In this document: piece after piece, positions 42,537 to 56,546 of the stretch
Layout: each line of letters begins with the position of its first letter
Position numbering within the stretch: position 1 is the first letter of the stretch
DNA from: Lingula anatina
Lineage: Eukaryota > Animalia > Brachiopoda
Assembly (NCBI GenBank): GCA_051362555.1
Contig: CM120646.1
Span: 1,550,001-1,614,000, forward strand
Direction: 5' to 3'
Length of the DNA stretch: 64,000 nt
Position numbers and translations under genes: made by a program
Notes under the pieces: model-generated
Database searches by the model: none
Seen by the model: the letters and a program-made list of their open reading frames with translations, nothing else
Told to the model about the DNA's origin: nothing

Positions 42537-44936
42537 TCAGTAGAATCCAGGATTTGTATGCTCAATGATACATCGCTTGCACAATTTTTTCACCGTCCTA
42601 TAAGCATCCACCGTAATATGGCAGTCTTGGATGTTCAGCTGCTGCAAATGGCGGCACTTTTGAGCAATAGCAACAACCCCGCTGTCAGTAATGGCATCAC
42701 ACGATTTGAGACTGAGTTTCTTAAGCTGAGGGCAATGTTCTGCTAGGATCTCTAGGCCTTCGTCGGTTACATCACACTTTCCGACGTCAAGAGATTTCAG
42801 TCTCCTACAATTCTCTGCCAGTAGTTGGAGGGCATCGTCAGAAACTGCTTCGCACCCACGAACATTCAGGTAGCGAAGCTTCTTGCAGTACTTGGCGATG
42901 TATTTGACACCTACATCCGACACTTTATCACACTTTGCAACACTGAGATAGCGTAAACTTGATCCCAGCTTGGAAAGTTCCCTTAATCCAAAATCAGTCA
43001 CCCTGCGACAGTCGCTAACACTGAACTCCTTGAGCATTGTGCAATAAAGTGCTATGGCTTGGACGCCAATGTCTGTAATCCGCATGCAGCGTCGTAAGTA
43101 CATGTACTGTAGCTGCGTGCAGTGGGAGGCAATGATCTTGAGTCCAGAGTCTTCCAGGGCGTAACAGTCCGTCATGTCAAGATGGCGGAGGTAGATAGTA
43201 CAAGGGTTCTGGCCATATTGCAGCTTGGCGTCTGGTGTCAGACTAATACATGTGATCAGGGCACAACCTGGAAATTCATGTCAGAGGATCTTCTTTAATT
43301 TTGTGAATAATTATGGCAATAAGAGAAATATGATTATTTTAAAATAAATTGAAAATGTTGCATTTCTAAAGAGGTTTCATCATTCAATTAGACAAACAAA
43401 ATCTACAGCTAAAACTTTTTTTCCTGAGTAAATATGTAAAGAATTTGAGTCTTGAAAATTACATTTAAAAAACGTGTGAAATGGATAGCATAATGTTAAA
43501 ATTTTACAAGGAAAAATAATAAAAAGAAACTTGTAAATGTTATCAGTAACTTAAAAATACTAAAAACAATACATGAGTATGTAATTGTATATACTGTATA
43601 TCCCATATTTTCATTGTTAAGAATCCCTCTCCAGCCACTTCCTTACCTGTGACATTGAGATGTTCTAGGTTGGTACACCTTGAAACCACCTCAAACAGCG
43701 CCAGATTGGTAATATTGGCACAACCTTGAATTTCAAGATGGCGGAGCTCAGGACAGCGTTTGGCAATCAAGTGAAGCCCCTTGTCAGTGAGTCTCTCACA
43801 GCTGTTCATGTTAATTTTCTCCACCATGATACAGACGTGAGGCGTATTATAACTAAGTCTGCGAGTCAGAAATTTTAAGGCACGATCAATATTGGCAATC
43901 TCATTGTTAATTGTGATTTGTGTCCATAAAGACGGCTCCCAGACCAGCGTGTACCAGCGTTTACACACGCGGGCACACCGACACAACTGGTCCGTGGGAA
44001 GATGCTGGAATATCTTGAGTATCACATCGTCGGGACACAGATCAAACAGTGACAATCGGTGCCTTTTCTTCTTGGCGCCAAAGTACATATTCCCATCAAA
44101 CACTGGTGATGGGGTCTGCGCGTGAGGGTACCCGGCGGTGTGTGGGTACCCATAGTACCCCATTAAGTCTAAGGAAGGACTATAACACACAGGCTCAATC
44201 ATGGGGGACATGTGACCCATCATGGGAGACATGTGACCCTGAGAGGGGGGCCTGGGTGCCGGAGATTGTCTCTGAAGGTGATTGGGACTTCTCAATTCAC
44301 GTGCATAGTATGGGTGAACCTTGTCAATGGGGACTTTGTCTAGTGTGTAGTAACTGCCGTTTCTGTCAACGGCGTACAATCCAGAATGCTCAGCATATCC
44401 GTTTCTGTCCACATATTTCCCAGCATTATCCGGGTATCCATTTCTATCCATGTACTTGGCTGGATTATCAGCATATCCATTTCTATCCATATGTCTGTTT
44501 TCAGGATATCCACTCCTGTCTAAATGTCTAACAGGGCTTTCTGGGTATCCATTTCTATCTATGTGTCTGTTGGGACTTTCATGATATCCATTTCTGTCAA
44601 CATATCCGATCCTGTCAGCATGTCTCCCCTCCTGGTCACCTGGATATCCGTTCCTGTGGTCCGGATACGGTGCTGGGGACTCACGGTGATATCCGTTCAG
44701 TTTCTCACCACGCCCCTTGAGGTGATGTGGACTGGGCGTGAACATATCTGAGGCCTCCATTATGCCACTATGGGCTGACATCCCAGAGGAGGGCGTATCC
44801 CGAGGGGACGGGACCCCATGGTGCGGGGACGGGGTGCCACGGTTGGTGGAGACGCTTGTTGAGGAGCGGTAATGGGGGCCATCACTGGCGATACCTGAGC
44901 TGGAGTCATGGGGGCTCTCAAGGGGGGCCAGGTTGT
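42537..44936 (-). CDS. FBXL7: F-box/LRR-repeat protein 7 (last two coding exons; 5' exons upstream and unresolved)
   Basis: Exons 44936-43647 (phase 1-1) and 43267-42537 (to TGA). F-box LFDLCPDDVILKIFQHLPTDQLCRCARVCKRWYTLVWEPSLW, IDRALKFLTRRL, many Cys-containing LRRs, and the FBXL7-type C-terminus CKRCIIEHTNPGFY. Confidence 0.93.
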
Positions 44937-47900
44937 CTGGAATGAAAGGAAAAAACATATGAAATCAACTTGACTTTGGATCCACATAAAACCAAGTAAA
45001 TCCAACCGGTGTAAAAATGTTGTATGAGGTTATTCAGACTTCCAGCTGAAGGAAGGAAATTTCATAAATTCAAAACCCATTAAAATATTTTTCTCCATAC
45101 ACCTATCCAAAGAATTTTTATTGATGTGAATCTCACATTCCCACTGGGCTGCAGTATTTACGAAAGCAAAAAGAAAAAAAAAGTTCTATTCTTAGATAAT
45201 GACTTTTGGAAATGCCTTTGTTGTCTGTCTCTTATATACAGACATACCGCAATGACAAATTTTCAGGTTTTCGTGTCATTTAGGATAATTTCAGCTTTGG
45301 CAAGCACAAGTACAAAACACATAAATAACCCTCACATTTGCACACAATGGGGTATATCTAACACATAAATGCCCGTGCCAGTTTTTTAAAGCTTTTTTTC
45401 AACTGACGGGATGTATATCAAAGGTGGCTGGACAAAAGTGGAGCCGTAACATGAGGGCTCAATCCCGCTGTACCTGCGTTACCTGAACGACTTGTCATTC
45501 ACATGTAATAAGCAGGTTTGGATAGTTTATGAAGCTTGCTTAAGGTGTGCATTTAATAGCCGGCACCTGTCATGAATAAGGATGAGAGAGAGAAAGAGAG
45601 AGAAATAGAGAGCAAGTGAGAGAGAGAGAGAGAGAGAGAGTGAGAGAGTGTGTAAGTGAGAGAGAGCTCTGAATAAAAATGTGAGAAAGAATTCAAAAAA
45701 TATTTCAATTATTGTTGGCACTAAAGATACAATGTAACCAAACAAAAAGTGCCTGTCAATCTTACAGATCTTGCTGCATGATAAAAATACCTAATATGCC
45801 TAATATGCGGGCCCTAGCATTTTTTGTCAAAGTAAATTCCACCGCCTCGTTTGCCATCTTTTCAAAATAGAAAATCTTAGCATGACTAATAACGCCAAGG
45901 CGTTTGATCCAGAATGAAGACACAATGTATGAGAAAGCTATTTTGTTTTGACAAACAGTTGTGCAATAATCTAAAAGGAAATTCTTTTTAGAGGCAAAAT
46001 TATATGCTGACATGAAATGCTGCAGTTGCAATTTGTTTTCTTGTGAGAAAAAATAAAACTAGTGAATTCATCAGCATGATGTATTATCCACTAGCATCTT
46101 ATTACTGTATTACGTAGTAGAAACTATGACATGATAAAAGTACACAATCAATTTCAATTAAAAATTCTCCATTGTTTGGTAAATGAAATATACTAAGTTT
46201 GTATAATCTATTTAAAAAAACAGAAAACATTTTTGGGAAATTTTCTCTTTGTTCGTGATACCAAATGACGAAAGTACCAGTAAAATCTCTGAAGCAGGAA
46301 TCAATTTCAGTAATAATTCCAGGGTTGGGAACTCTTTGCAGGTAGAAGATTTCACCTGAATCTAGCAAGCAATATAAATGTGGCTAATTTCCAAGGACCC
46401 TTCTCTGTTTCCTGATTTTAATACCTGAATACCGTTTACCTGTCACAAACTGAGGCATTAAAAGCTTCCCTGACCTCAGGTGCTTCATAATGGGTGAAAT
46501 GCTGCAGGTATAATGCTACAATACCTGGGAAATTCTGAAGGTCATGTAATAAAAACTATCTACTTGTAGTTTAAATTCTCCATCTTTCCAAAAGAGAGAG
46601 AGAGAGAGACAGAGAGAGAGTGGTGGGGGGGGGGGGGTGGGTGGAAGAAGGAGATAGAGAAAGATACAGAGAGAGTGAGACAGGAGAAGCAAAAAAAAAT
46701 GTGTGTGCATGTATGTGTGTGTGAGAGAGAAAGAGAGTCTGTAAAGATATAAACAGATGGACAGCCAGAGAGACACACAGACACAGACACACAGACAGAC
46801 AGAGGACATGCAGGCAGTCGTACAATTCACTGCCCCCTCCTCATCAGCATGACCCTCCCCTATCCACCCCAGACACCTGCCACACAACATAGCCTGACTC
46901 TATTGTAAGTCATCAAAATGAAACCCGAGCTCAAAAAAATGGTGTCCTCAAATTATTCCACAAAAGGTCAGGCATGATCTCAGATCCATTTTTGAATGCA
47001 CCGCAAGGGATCATTTATATCTACTGAGGGCCCTGAACATGAGTATGTATGGTGTGATAGTCAGGGTTCATTGGCAACACTAAAAATGCAATGTATAGGA
47101 GCACTGGCTATTATTATATGTAGTTGATGAAAACTTTAAACATGTGTGACATACACAGTGAATCAATCCAGGGTCTTTTTATATTGATATCATACGGGGC
47201 CGCTCTGACACTGAATTCTACCTGTATGAATTAAGAAGCATCCAACACTACTTTATACCAGAGGCCACTAGAATTTAAAAAAAAATTCTTTACAAAACTT
47301 CTTGCTGCATAGCACACTGATGAGACTGCCATTTAGTGAAAAAGTTGTAAAATATGGCTTGAGGTCCAAGGGGGCACCTAAGTCAATGATATTTTGGGTT
47401 TCTAAAAAGAAACTGTTCAATGGTCTGAAAAATCTCATCCCTATCAGTAGAGAAAAGTGAACATAGAATTAGCTAGAGACATATATCTGGGAATATCCAG
47501 TGAATAGTTTTAATTTGGAAGTAGTGTCCAGACAGTTTTAATGCAATTCAGTATCCTTGGGGGCACCTTCAGTAAAAACAAGCGGTCATATCATATGTAG
47601 TTTATGGTATAGAAAAATAAAGAGACATAAATTTCCTTCTCGTTTCAATGACAACAGTGTGAGAGCACTTGAAAATTTTAATTTGTACAGGCACCCTTTT
47701 ATCATAATGTGTCTTTAAGAGTGACTTATCACCCTGCACCACTCCTTTAATGTTATAAATTAATGTGTTGAATATATTTGGTCCATCATAGACATTTAAA
47801 GAATACTATTCATAGCAGTTTGTATGGCCCTTAATACTGCTATACTGATAAACTGTTTTCACATGACGAGAAGCATGTTTTTAAACTATACACATTTATA

Positions 47901-49991
47901 CTACTCATTTGTCTCATTTTCAATCTCTTCCTGTATCTACAGCAACAATTTAAATCCACATTTCTACATTGGCTTCACCTGTTGGAATGCCTGTCATTTA
48001 AGGTCTTACCTGAATCATCAGCAGCGTCAGAAAAGGACAATGTCCTTGCACTAGAGGTAATAGCAAAATACATGATGGTTGTTACTTTTGTCTACCAATT
48101 ACTGGGACTGTTGACGTCAAGCTAAAACAGATGCACTCGTAGTTCAACTTTGGTCAATTTCATCATTCCTAGCTGTGACTTGTAGTCTTCCAATAATTCG
48201 CACAAATTTTTGACATACTGCTGAAGTTTTACAAAGCTGCCATACATGTCATCCATGAAAAGATAGACCACTGAAGTTTTAAAATGGTTCAAACTTAATG
48301 ACGGGACTGACATGCAATCACCTGACTTCTAAACCTGCACCTGTAGTCCACAATAGTTCAGTATATCGAGGAATGCTCCACTTTAAATCAAGGCTCATCA
48401 TTCTCATGTGAAAATAATGTCTTCAGGTTAAAGACAACAATGCTCTGCATTCAAATCGCGTGTCTGATAATCTGATAAATCATACATTTGTATCAGAGAT
48501 GAGCACGGAATATGGCCATCTGTCAGTTGCTTTACATATCAAATGTATGTTGTGGGCAAAACACATATATGGTCACAGAAAATGTGACCTTGAGAATATT
48601 TTCACAGTAAAAAAGAAAATCTTGAATTGCTGTTTCTCAGTAAGATAAGCTACAAGACAGGCAGTAAGGACTTGGAACTCTGGGACTAACTATCCACATC
48701 TGTCCCCGATATCATTTCAGCCATCTTTTCCACCATCAATTTTCCTATATATTCCTTAATTCTGACATTTTTTTTAGTAAAAACTTGGTTTTTGCTCTGT
48801 GAGGTACACATAGTCTCTCTGTAATTATATACATTAAACACTGTCAGACATGTACTTCAGCAGACATATACTGTAATGGTCATGATGTATAGGACGAATC
48901 TCTCCAGTGAAGCAAATAATTTAATACAGCTTGTCAAAGCAGTGTCCCTAACAGCAAAACAACAAAGGGAACAGATTGAATTCTCCCGTTTTAAAATCAC
49001 TTGCTGTTGACTTGATAGCGTTGTGGTGACATCTTTGTCCCCTCGGGGTATCTCCCCTTTGAGTTCAAACATAAACTATAAAGTATGTGTGAGTGGGTGC
49101 TTGCCACAACCTGTCTCTCTTCGGCTGATGGTGCATTAACGTCAGGCAGATTAAACTCCTCTCCTCCTGAATAACGATTATCCATATATAGCGCGTGTTG
49201 TCCAACTTTGCATCATCTCATCCTTTTCTTTCTCCACAGGTGGGCTATATATAGAGGTGCAACATATTTATAACTGCACACAACAATGCAGACTAGAGTT
49301 TCTTCCTACGTTTGAAGGATTAATCCCAGATTTAGATCATTAATGTTGGATTCCCTCTAAAAACTGTGACAGCAAGACTCATGTTTCCTTAATCACTAAA
49401 TCACCTGGCATGAAGCTATGTACAATAATGAGAGTACAGCACTATCCCTGTAATGTTGCATGTCTTAATTGGAGCTGGAATGTCTCAATATTGCAACCCG
49501 CCAATTATCTCACCACAACCGCGTCTTAATTCAGGACACCTGTATGGCGGAATTCCTCTTGCTTTCATCCACAGACACAGGTAGAAATATCTGTAGCTAT
49601 ATTTGCAGACACTTAAAGCAGACTAGGCTTACTATTTTTAACAGTCTCTACACATACAAGTTATCTCCAGAGCTGATCTCCTTGATTCTTTTTCAAACTG
49701 CTGAAGATGAAATGATCTTCCTGTGTCTCAGTCAGCTCCTGCGATAAAATTACCCGACAAAACTTTCTCTTTGCCAAAAACAACCTTTCTTATATTAACA
49801 CCATAGACTTTATGCTTGCTAGCAGTTAAGAATAAAGATTCTCCACTGCTATAACATTATGGAAGTCTGCAGACCACTGTTCCTTCCATCCAGTCACTGG
49901 ATATTTCATCAGACATATTTTCGCAGCAGATATCAGCCATGAACAACTGTCAGTATATAAGCCCATCTGTTGCATCCTTGCACCGACTCAC

Positions 49992-50135
49992 CTGTTGTGT
50001 CAGCATCCAGGCGATACAGACGGCACTGTTCTGTTTGGGGGGCCGGCGTAGAGAGGAATGCCGACCCCTGAACAACCTGATGTTCAACTGAGATATCAGA
50101 CTGACGGGTCCATCCCCTTTTGACCTCTGACCTCT
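49992..50135 (-). CDS. Candidate upstream/cassette exon of FBXL7
   Basis: Acceptor tttgtag, 144-nt open frame (RSEVKRGWTRQSDISVEHQVVQGSAFLSTPAPQTEQCRLYRLDADTT), strong donor CAG|gtgagt. The phase 1-1 geometry fits the phase-1 acceptor at 44936. No homology recognised. Confidence 0.4.
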
Positions 50136-51025
50136 CTACAAATACCCCTTGGCCCAAAATACCAATTACATATTATATATCAATTTGTCCTTTGAATGTC
50201 TTAATCTTTAAGTATGACCCAAGTTCCTGTTGTCTTATTCCAATATAATTTCTCTTTCAAATTTCTTTCTTTAAGAAATATTGGTTATAAATATTTACAA
50301 ATTTGTAAGTAAATATGTCTCTTGGCTGTATAAAATTTTTTCCTATTGCAACATTTCAAGGCAAAAAAGTCAGCAGCACAGTTACTATGACATAAACTTG
50401 TATCAGACCAAAATTACACAATGTCACTCCTGTTCATAAGGTCTTCCATGCAGTTGCCAAATAGCAAAAAACTTCTGTCTCCTTTACAGTTCAGTCTAAA
50501 ACCTGTCCCTCCCAGACTTTTAAATCATCACTGAATGCTTTTATAGAAGAACACACTCGTGGTTAAAAAAAATGAACAACTTAAGTTCCAAAAAGTAGGA
50601 GGAGTTCACCAAGCTCTCCCGTGTGCTATAGAATTACATGTGCATGTACATGGGTGAAAACTGAACTACATTATTATGATGGAAGCAATAACGTCTGCCC
50701 CATATGTATGACAACGGTAATGGAGTATAAATGTATTAAGGTCACGAGAGAGAAAAATATCATTGGGTAATAGTCAAATAAGACTTGAGAATAACAGCCA
50801 TTTTACAAACATTGGGGAGGAATGTGTGTTTGTAAATTATTGGTATTACATGTCGCAGTTTCAATGATAAAAACTTCGTGACTGAGAATTGTCAGATTAT
50901 CTTACAGTCTAACTTGCCTATAATTTTTATCATTCACATTTATTTGTATTTTTCTTTGAGGAAGGGGGGGGGGGACAAATTAAATTTCAATACTGTCATT
51001 TCATTTACAGTTTTATACTCTTTCA

Positions 51026-51200
51026 GATTTTCCCTAAGTGCAATCAGTGTAATCAACTTAAATGTCTGACACGCCTCCTCCAGTTACAAGGGTGCAATTA
51101 ACTAATTAACTAACTACTCAAGTAGGCATGTCAGACAATTAAGCTGATTACACTGAATGCACTTTAGCGAGAATCCCAAACAGAGCTGGATCGATCTAGC
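51026..51200. mobile_element. Degenerate foldback element related to family A
   Basis: Arms GATTTTCCCTAAGTGCAATCAGTGTAATCAACTTAAATGTCTGACACGCCT / AGGCATGTCAGACAATTAAGCTGATTACACTGAATGCACTTTAGCGAGAATC, followed by GATCGATCTA. Confidence 0.65.
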
Positions 51201-51687
51201 TGGTACAAATTGTGAATCTGAACGTGGTCAAATATTCAGATTACACCAGATTTTTGTTACACCCTATACTTCCTCAGCCTGAGGCTACAAGAGCTGACAC
51301 AACATGTTCAAGAACTTTGTTCTCCCAGATATTGCTACAGGGTACCTTGCCCTTCAGTCTGGTGAGGTGACATGCGCCAATCTGCCCTGCTGGCTGCATT
51401 GTAACAATAAATCTTTCCAGTATACTGCTGCCTTAATTTAAAGGGACTGAGAGACTTTATCCTCTGATGCAAGAAACTTCAACTTTAATTAAAATCTCAT
51501 TCAGTTTGCTTTTTAATCAATTAAGTTCATGGAATTTTTTTCCCTGATATCATCCTCACTTATGTCAAACATTTATCTTATTATTGCGACTACTAAGATT
51601 ACAATGTTTGAACTTGTTTCAACTCTTGATAAGGGGGTATCACTATTTGGTTGCAAATGTGATAACATTCTGGGCCTAGAGACACTT

Positions 51688-51853
51688 CAGGCCTGTAGCC
51701 TGGGGGGGTTGGGGGTTCGAAAGAACCGCCCCTTTTGCTGGAAAAAGGTCCACTCTTGGTAAAATTTGACCTAGGTACATGAAGTTTTTATGGGAGAAGG
51801 TCCACTTTTTCAGAAAAAGAACCCCCCTTTTGAAATTGCTGGCTACAGGCCTG
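51688..51853 (-). mobile_element. MITE family E, inverted copy
   Basis: CAGGCCTGTAGCC ... GGCTACAGGCCTG; TSD CACTT; reverse complement of 20346-20512. Confidence 0.9.
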
Positions 51854-52594
51854 CACTTAAAAAAGAGAGAAGAGAGAGAATGAGTTTGGGGGAGGGGGAG
51901 GGGGGGAGAGGGGGAAGGGGAGAAGGTTATGTTGGATATACTGTACATCAACCCTTCAGTTCAGCCTGAAAACAATATCTAAATTCAACTTTAAACACCC
52001 ATTGAAAAGTAAATTAGTAAACAGTGGCAGGCTGTTATATCCCAATGAGTATAAACAGTGACTGGGGAACAACACAGAGGAGAGCTGTAATAGAAGCCAA
52101 TGGTAATTTACGGTAACACAAGCAAGAAGATTGCTTTTCTTAAACTTACACATTTTTTCTAGAAGGTGGCTGTAGTTTTTTGTAATTCAGTTTCTCCCTA
52201 CGGCATCAAAAACAGTTGGACTGCTAACTGCTGACTACGTTTACTACTTGCCTGTTGATGAAGGCAGTTTTACTTTGCCAAGAAAAAAGCCTATGAAAAT
52301 AAATTCCACGCACTGGTAAATAGGCATTAGAAACATACACAACTTCTCTATCCTAGGGATGCTTGTATGTTTACGTATAGCATCAATTCTTGACAACATG
52401 TATGGAATGGGCCCCTGACTACATTAAGAGTGAATAGTACATTGTACCTGCCTATTCCAGTTATACTAAGCACAGGACAATTATATGTATGTACTTCATC
52501 AGTACTTGACTACAAGTATACAACACAACTTTTTTTCTACTTTACCTAAATAACAAATGTTCTACATCTATATAGATCATTAGAAAACCCCTTA

Positions 52595-52810
52595 GGCTGT
52601 ATTCCCAGAGCTTTTAGATCGATCTATCCCCGCGATGAGTCTCACTAGATTACTGTCAGATAATCCGGCTTAAATGTCTGTCCCGCCTACTGCAAGCTGT
52701 AAGGGGGGTAATTAACTTTCGTGTCCGCTCGGCTGACAGCTATTTTGCGTGAACCCCCAGGGAGTTAGGTCGATCTAAAGTAGATCGATCTAATCTCTGG
52801 AAATGGGGTC
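52595..52810 (-). mobile_element. MITE family A variant
   Basis: TTA-GGCTGTATTCCCAGAG ... CTGGAAATGGGGTC-TTA; interior matches 797-1021. Confidence 0.88.
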
Positions 52811-53773
52811 TTAGATTCATGAGATAGTGAGGGAAGGGAAGTGAGGCATATGATTATAAGCCACAGAGGACTGGTTTAAAAGATGGCTATGTGTACAATG
52901 TCTCTCTACATAAAATATTGTCCTAATTGACAATCAAAATTGTCTTAAAATGTTTTTTTTTAATTAAGTGGGACCTATATATTTGATAGCAATTGTGTTG
53001 GAGAAACCACTTCTCTTGTATATACGTAATAAAAAACTACACCATGAATATGTATAATTATATTTAAATTAAAAAAAAAAACATAAATAATAATCTGACC
53101 TTTAAAAACCACAAAATATTCTGATCTGCAGCAGACAGATCCCATTGTTTGACGTCTGAAAACACTTGTCCATCCCATACAGTATATGTCTTCATATTTC
53201 TTCAGAATACATTAAAATTTTTGTCCATCTTTGTAATCTGTTCACTTGACAGTTATGGCAATACATCCATCAAAAGTCTTGAAAAGCAGTAAATTTTAAG
53301 TCTTGTATTCATGAACATTATGCTTGCCTTCGTAACATCCCCTCCTAATATTAATGGAATTTTGATGCATCGCAGATAGTTTTGAAATGTCTTGGCGCAT
53401 CAAATCTGTGGTGCTTCGTCATTCAGAATTGTCCTCTCATTTGAGACAGCCTCTTATTTTCCAAAAGAAGACAACAAAGAAAACAAAAATCAGCCCTCAT
53501 GATCAGCGCAGCATCTTTTGTAACTTACAGTTTTTTTTCCATGGGTCCCACTTAGTCTATCAAACCTATTTAGATCACCATAAACATTTCCCAGTCCGCT
53601 ATGGCAGTATTCTATGCGGTATTTTTGTAAATTTACGCTATTCAGTCCCAAACCAGCCACTGATCTCTGTACAAATAGCATTGTGTTTCCACAGATGACT
53701 TTTTTCTTTAAATCTCTTTTTGAGGATTTTTTTCCATTGTTCATATTTCTTTCTCGTGTGGATGTCACTGATT

Positions 53774-53807
<34 letters not shown>

Positions 53808-56281
53808 AGTGGGAGCTGTAAACTTGGAATTTTACCATTGTGCTAAAACAGGTATCGTTTCTTCACCCTCTTTAATATCCAACATTCTGCCTTGAATTTG
53901 TAAGTTGAAGAGCAGGACCATGGCTTTCTATGGCGTCTTTGAGAAGCAGGAGAGAAAAGAAGGGAGGGCGTAAACAAAGATGATCAATGGGTTGGGAATT
54001 TCGGCAGGTGTTTGATGGGAAAGAGACTGCAGTTGCTGTTTGATTGCGTTTGGTGAGATAACTGACTGTACAATACCAAACAACTAAGTTTTTAACATAA
54101 TTATCATTATGCTATTATTATCACAATTGTTAAATTGATAACATTCATTGTATCCTTAACAAAAACTTGTCCTATTCCATATGATGTGGCATTGTTATTC
54201 AACAAAACAGCCTATAGTTTGCTGTATACTTCTTACCCTGAATTTCAATTTAATTTTTCTGCTTAAAACTATTATTTGCGAGATATTCCATGTACCAAGA
54301 CAATTTGAAAAGGACAGACCTTCTTTCTAAAGAATGAAAATTTCTCATTCTTTTTTTTCATAACATGGAAACTGGATGTCTTGGCAGTATATTTGAAACA
54401 CTGTTAGAACCATATTACTAGCCGAAGGTCTTACTAAATTCAATATTAAAATATATTCCAAAAAGTGAAAAGACTCTCCTCTAAGGGTCTCAATCCTCTC
54501 CCTGAAACCCAGGGTGCCTGGCAGTCCTTCAAGCATGAAATAAACAGATCAATAGTAAAAAACCAACACAGAAACCAGATCCCTCTTCCCATTCAGCAAT
54601 GGCTGCACAGTCATCCATCACCAGTAACAAAATCAAACAGACTGTCGCTCTGGAGGTGTAATGTTACTGCAGGACAGAGGTGTTGTTTGCTCACTTTGAA
54701 CTGAGTTGAATCTTTAAACAGACACCTACGTTTTCACTGGATCAGTTTCTCTACATTATGTGATCTTAAAAACCTGTTTTTTAACTGTGAAGGACTTAAC
54801 AATGATAAGATTTGACGTACGATTATGAATTATTTTGTATGCCAGGTTGTTGCATTGTGGAGAATTTGTTGATTTTGAAAGAATTTCTGATTGAGCTGTC
54901 ACGAATTTTACAAACATGTCAAAGTGATCATCATCATATTGCACAAACTTCATCCATAATAATTTTGAAATGTTCTCAAACTTTTCTATTAAATATAGAT
55001 GTCTTGTCAAACTGTCACAATTAAAGAAATATGCTGCATACCACTGGCAAAAGAAATATGTTTCCTAACAGCAAGTCGTCAACATTTTGTGAACATGAGA
55101 AGTTATACACTGAATATAGCAAGGCCAGCACCATCTACAGGGAACTCATGGGTAGATTCCTCAAAAGAACTTACTTGTCAAGAGTTGGTCGGATTTTTCA
55201 AACCTAAAATTTAAGTCCTCTTTGACTCAAATTAATACAATAGTAGTTCACTTGAGATGAAAATATCCTACTTGTTTCATAAAAAGACAAAAGTTTGATG
55301 TTTTAACCTATAGTTATTATTTTTGAAAAATCATTTCAGCAGACTGCCTTTATTAAGTACTGATTTTGGCCCAGGACTTGTCCCACAGGTGGATGATGAG
55401 GGTGACCAAACATTTCAGTCTCACAATAAAAACTAACTTCGGACTGAAGTTCCTTTGTGAAAACTCATTAAGCCAAGGCCCGCATGGTAAACAGGCTCCC
55501 ACTTGAATACAAATCAAACTTTTAGGTTTTGATTTTCAACCTGGTGGTCTAGCTGCAACTTGTATAGAAGGCAATTCAGAACATGCCCAATAGCAAATTG
55601 GTCACTTTATACCCTCTCTCCATCCAACAGGTGGGCGAAAATGACCCCACAGACCACTTCTGACCCTCAGTTAGGAATTTCACTCAGGAAAAATAAACAA
55701 ACAACACTACCTATCACCTGTTTGCAATGATATTGCATATACGAGATGTTTTTCATGGCTTATGTGTTCTTTAATTTAGTTTAAGCTAGATAATGGACGT
55801 GGAAAACATTTTTGTTCCCCCAAAAAAGTTAAAAGTAAAAAATATGACATATAAAAAATTAAAAGCTAAAAATAAGGACGAAATGAATACACTTTTGAAT
55901 AAGTGATATGAATAGATAAAATCGAACAAGTAATGTGTCTCAACTTCCCTTTAAAAAAATGTCACTTGGATGCCATCATGCAAAGGAAATTTGGCAAGCT
56001 CCACCCTTGTAAAGATGAGAAGAAAATGGGTAAAAAATACGCTGGGCAAGAAGAATGACAGATGAATAAAGGCGTCCCACCCCGTCCGGCAGGTGCCCCT
56101 ATGTGTTGAATTACCTGTAACTGGACCTTGGGACACATGTTATGGCTATTTAGTGGTCATCAAAGGGTCATCTTCCCCGTAAGATCTTGTCTCAGTCGTG
56201 GGGTGCCATATTGTGGTTAGAATTTTATGAGCTAGTCTGGGACTGATGGTGACAAAAAGGGTTTGGAAATACGAAGAGTAA

Positions 56282-56546
56282 GACTGTGTTCCCATACCTA
56301 GATCGATCTAACAGGATCGATCTATCTCAGAGGAGATTTTCACTAAAATGCTTTCAGCTTAAGCAGCTTGGATATCTGGCAAGCCTACTGAAGCTGCTAG
56401 GCAATAGGTTTAATCAAAATTACCCCCTAGTAGTTTCAGTAGGCATGACAGACATCTAAGCCACTTAAGTTGACTGCAATTTAGCAAAAATCCCCTCTGA
56501 GATAGATCTATCCACATTTAGTGCGACGGGGTCTGGGAATGGTCCC
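56282..56546. mobile_element. Foldback MITE related to family A
   Basis: TAA-GACTGTGTTCCCATACCTAGATCGATCTA ... TGGGAATGGTCCC-TAA; long internal inverted arms (GATCTATCTCAGAGG / CCTCTGAGATAGATC). Confidence 0.8.

Noticed and set aside
44937-44958. ORF-track start MFFPFIP for FBXL7
   Set aside because: This is the polypyrimidine tract and acceptor (ttcctttcattccag) of the intron.
48997-49185. MDNRYSGGEEF... ORF as the first exon of FBXL7
   Set aside because: The available donor (CAG|gttgtg) is weak and phase 0, incompatible with the phase-1 acceptor at 44936.
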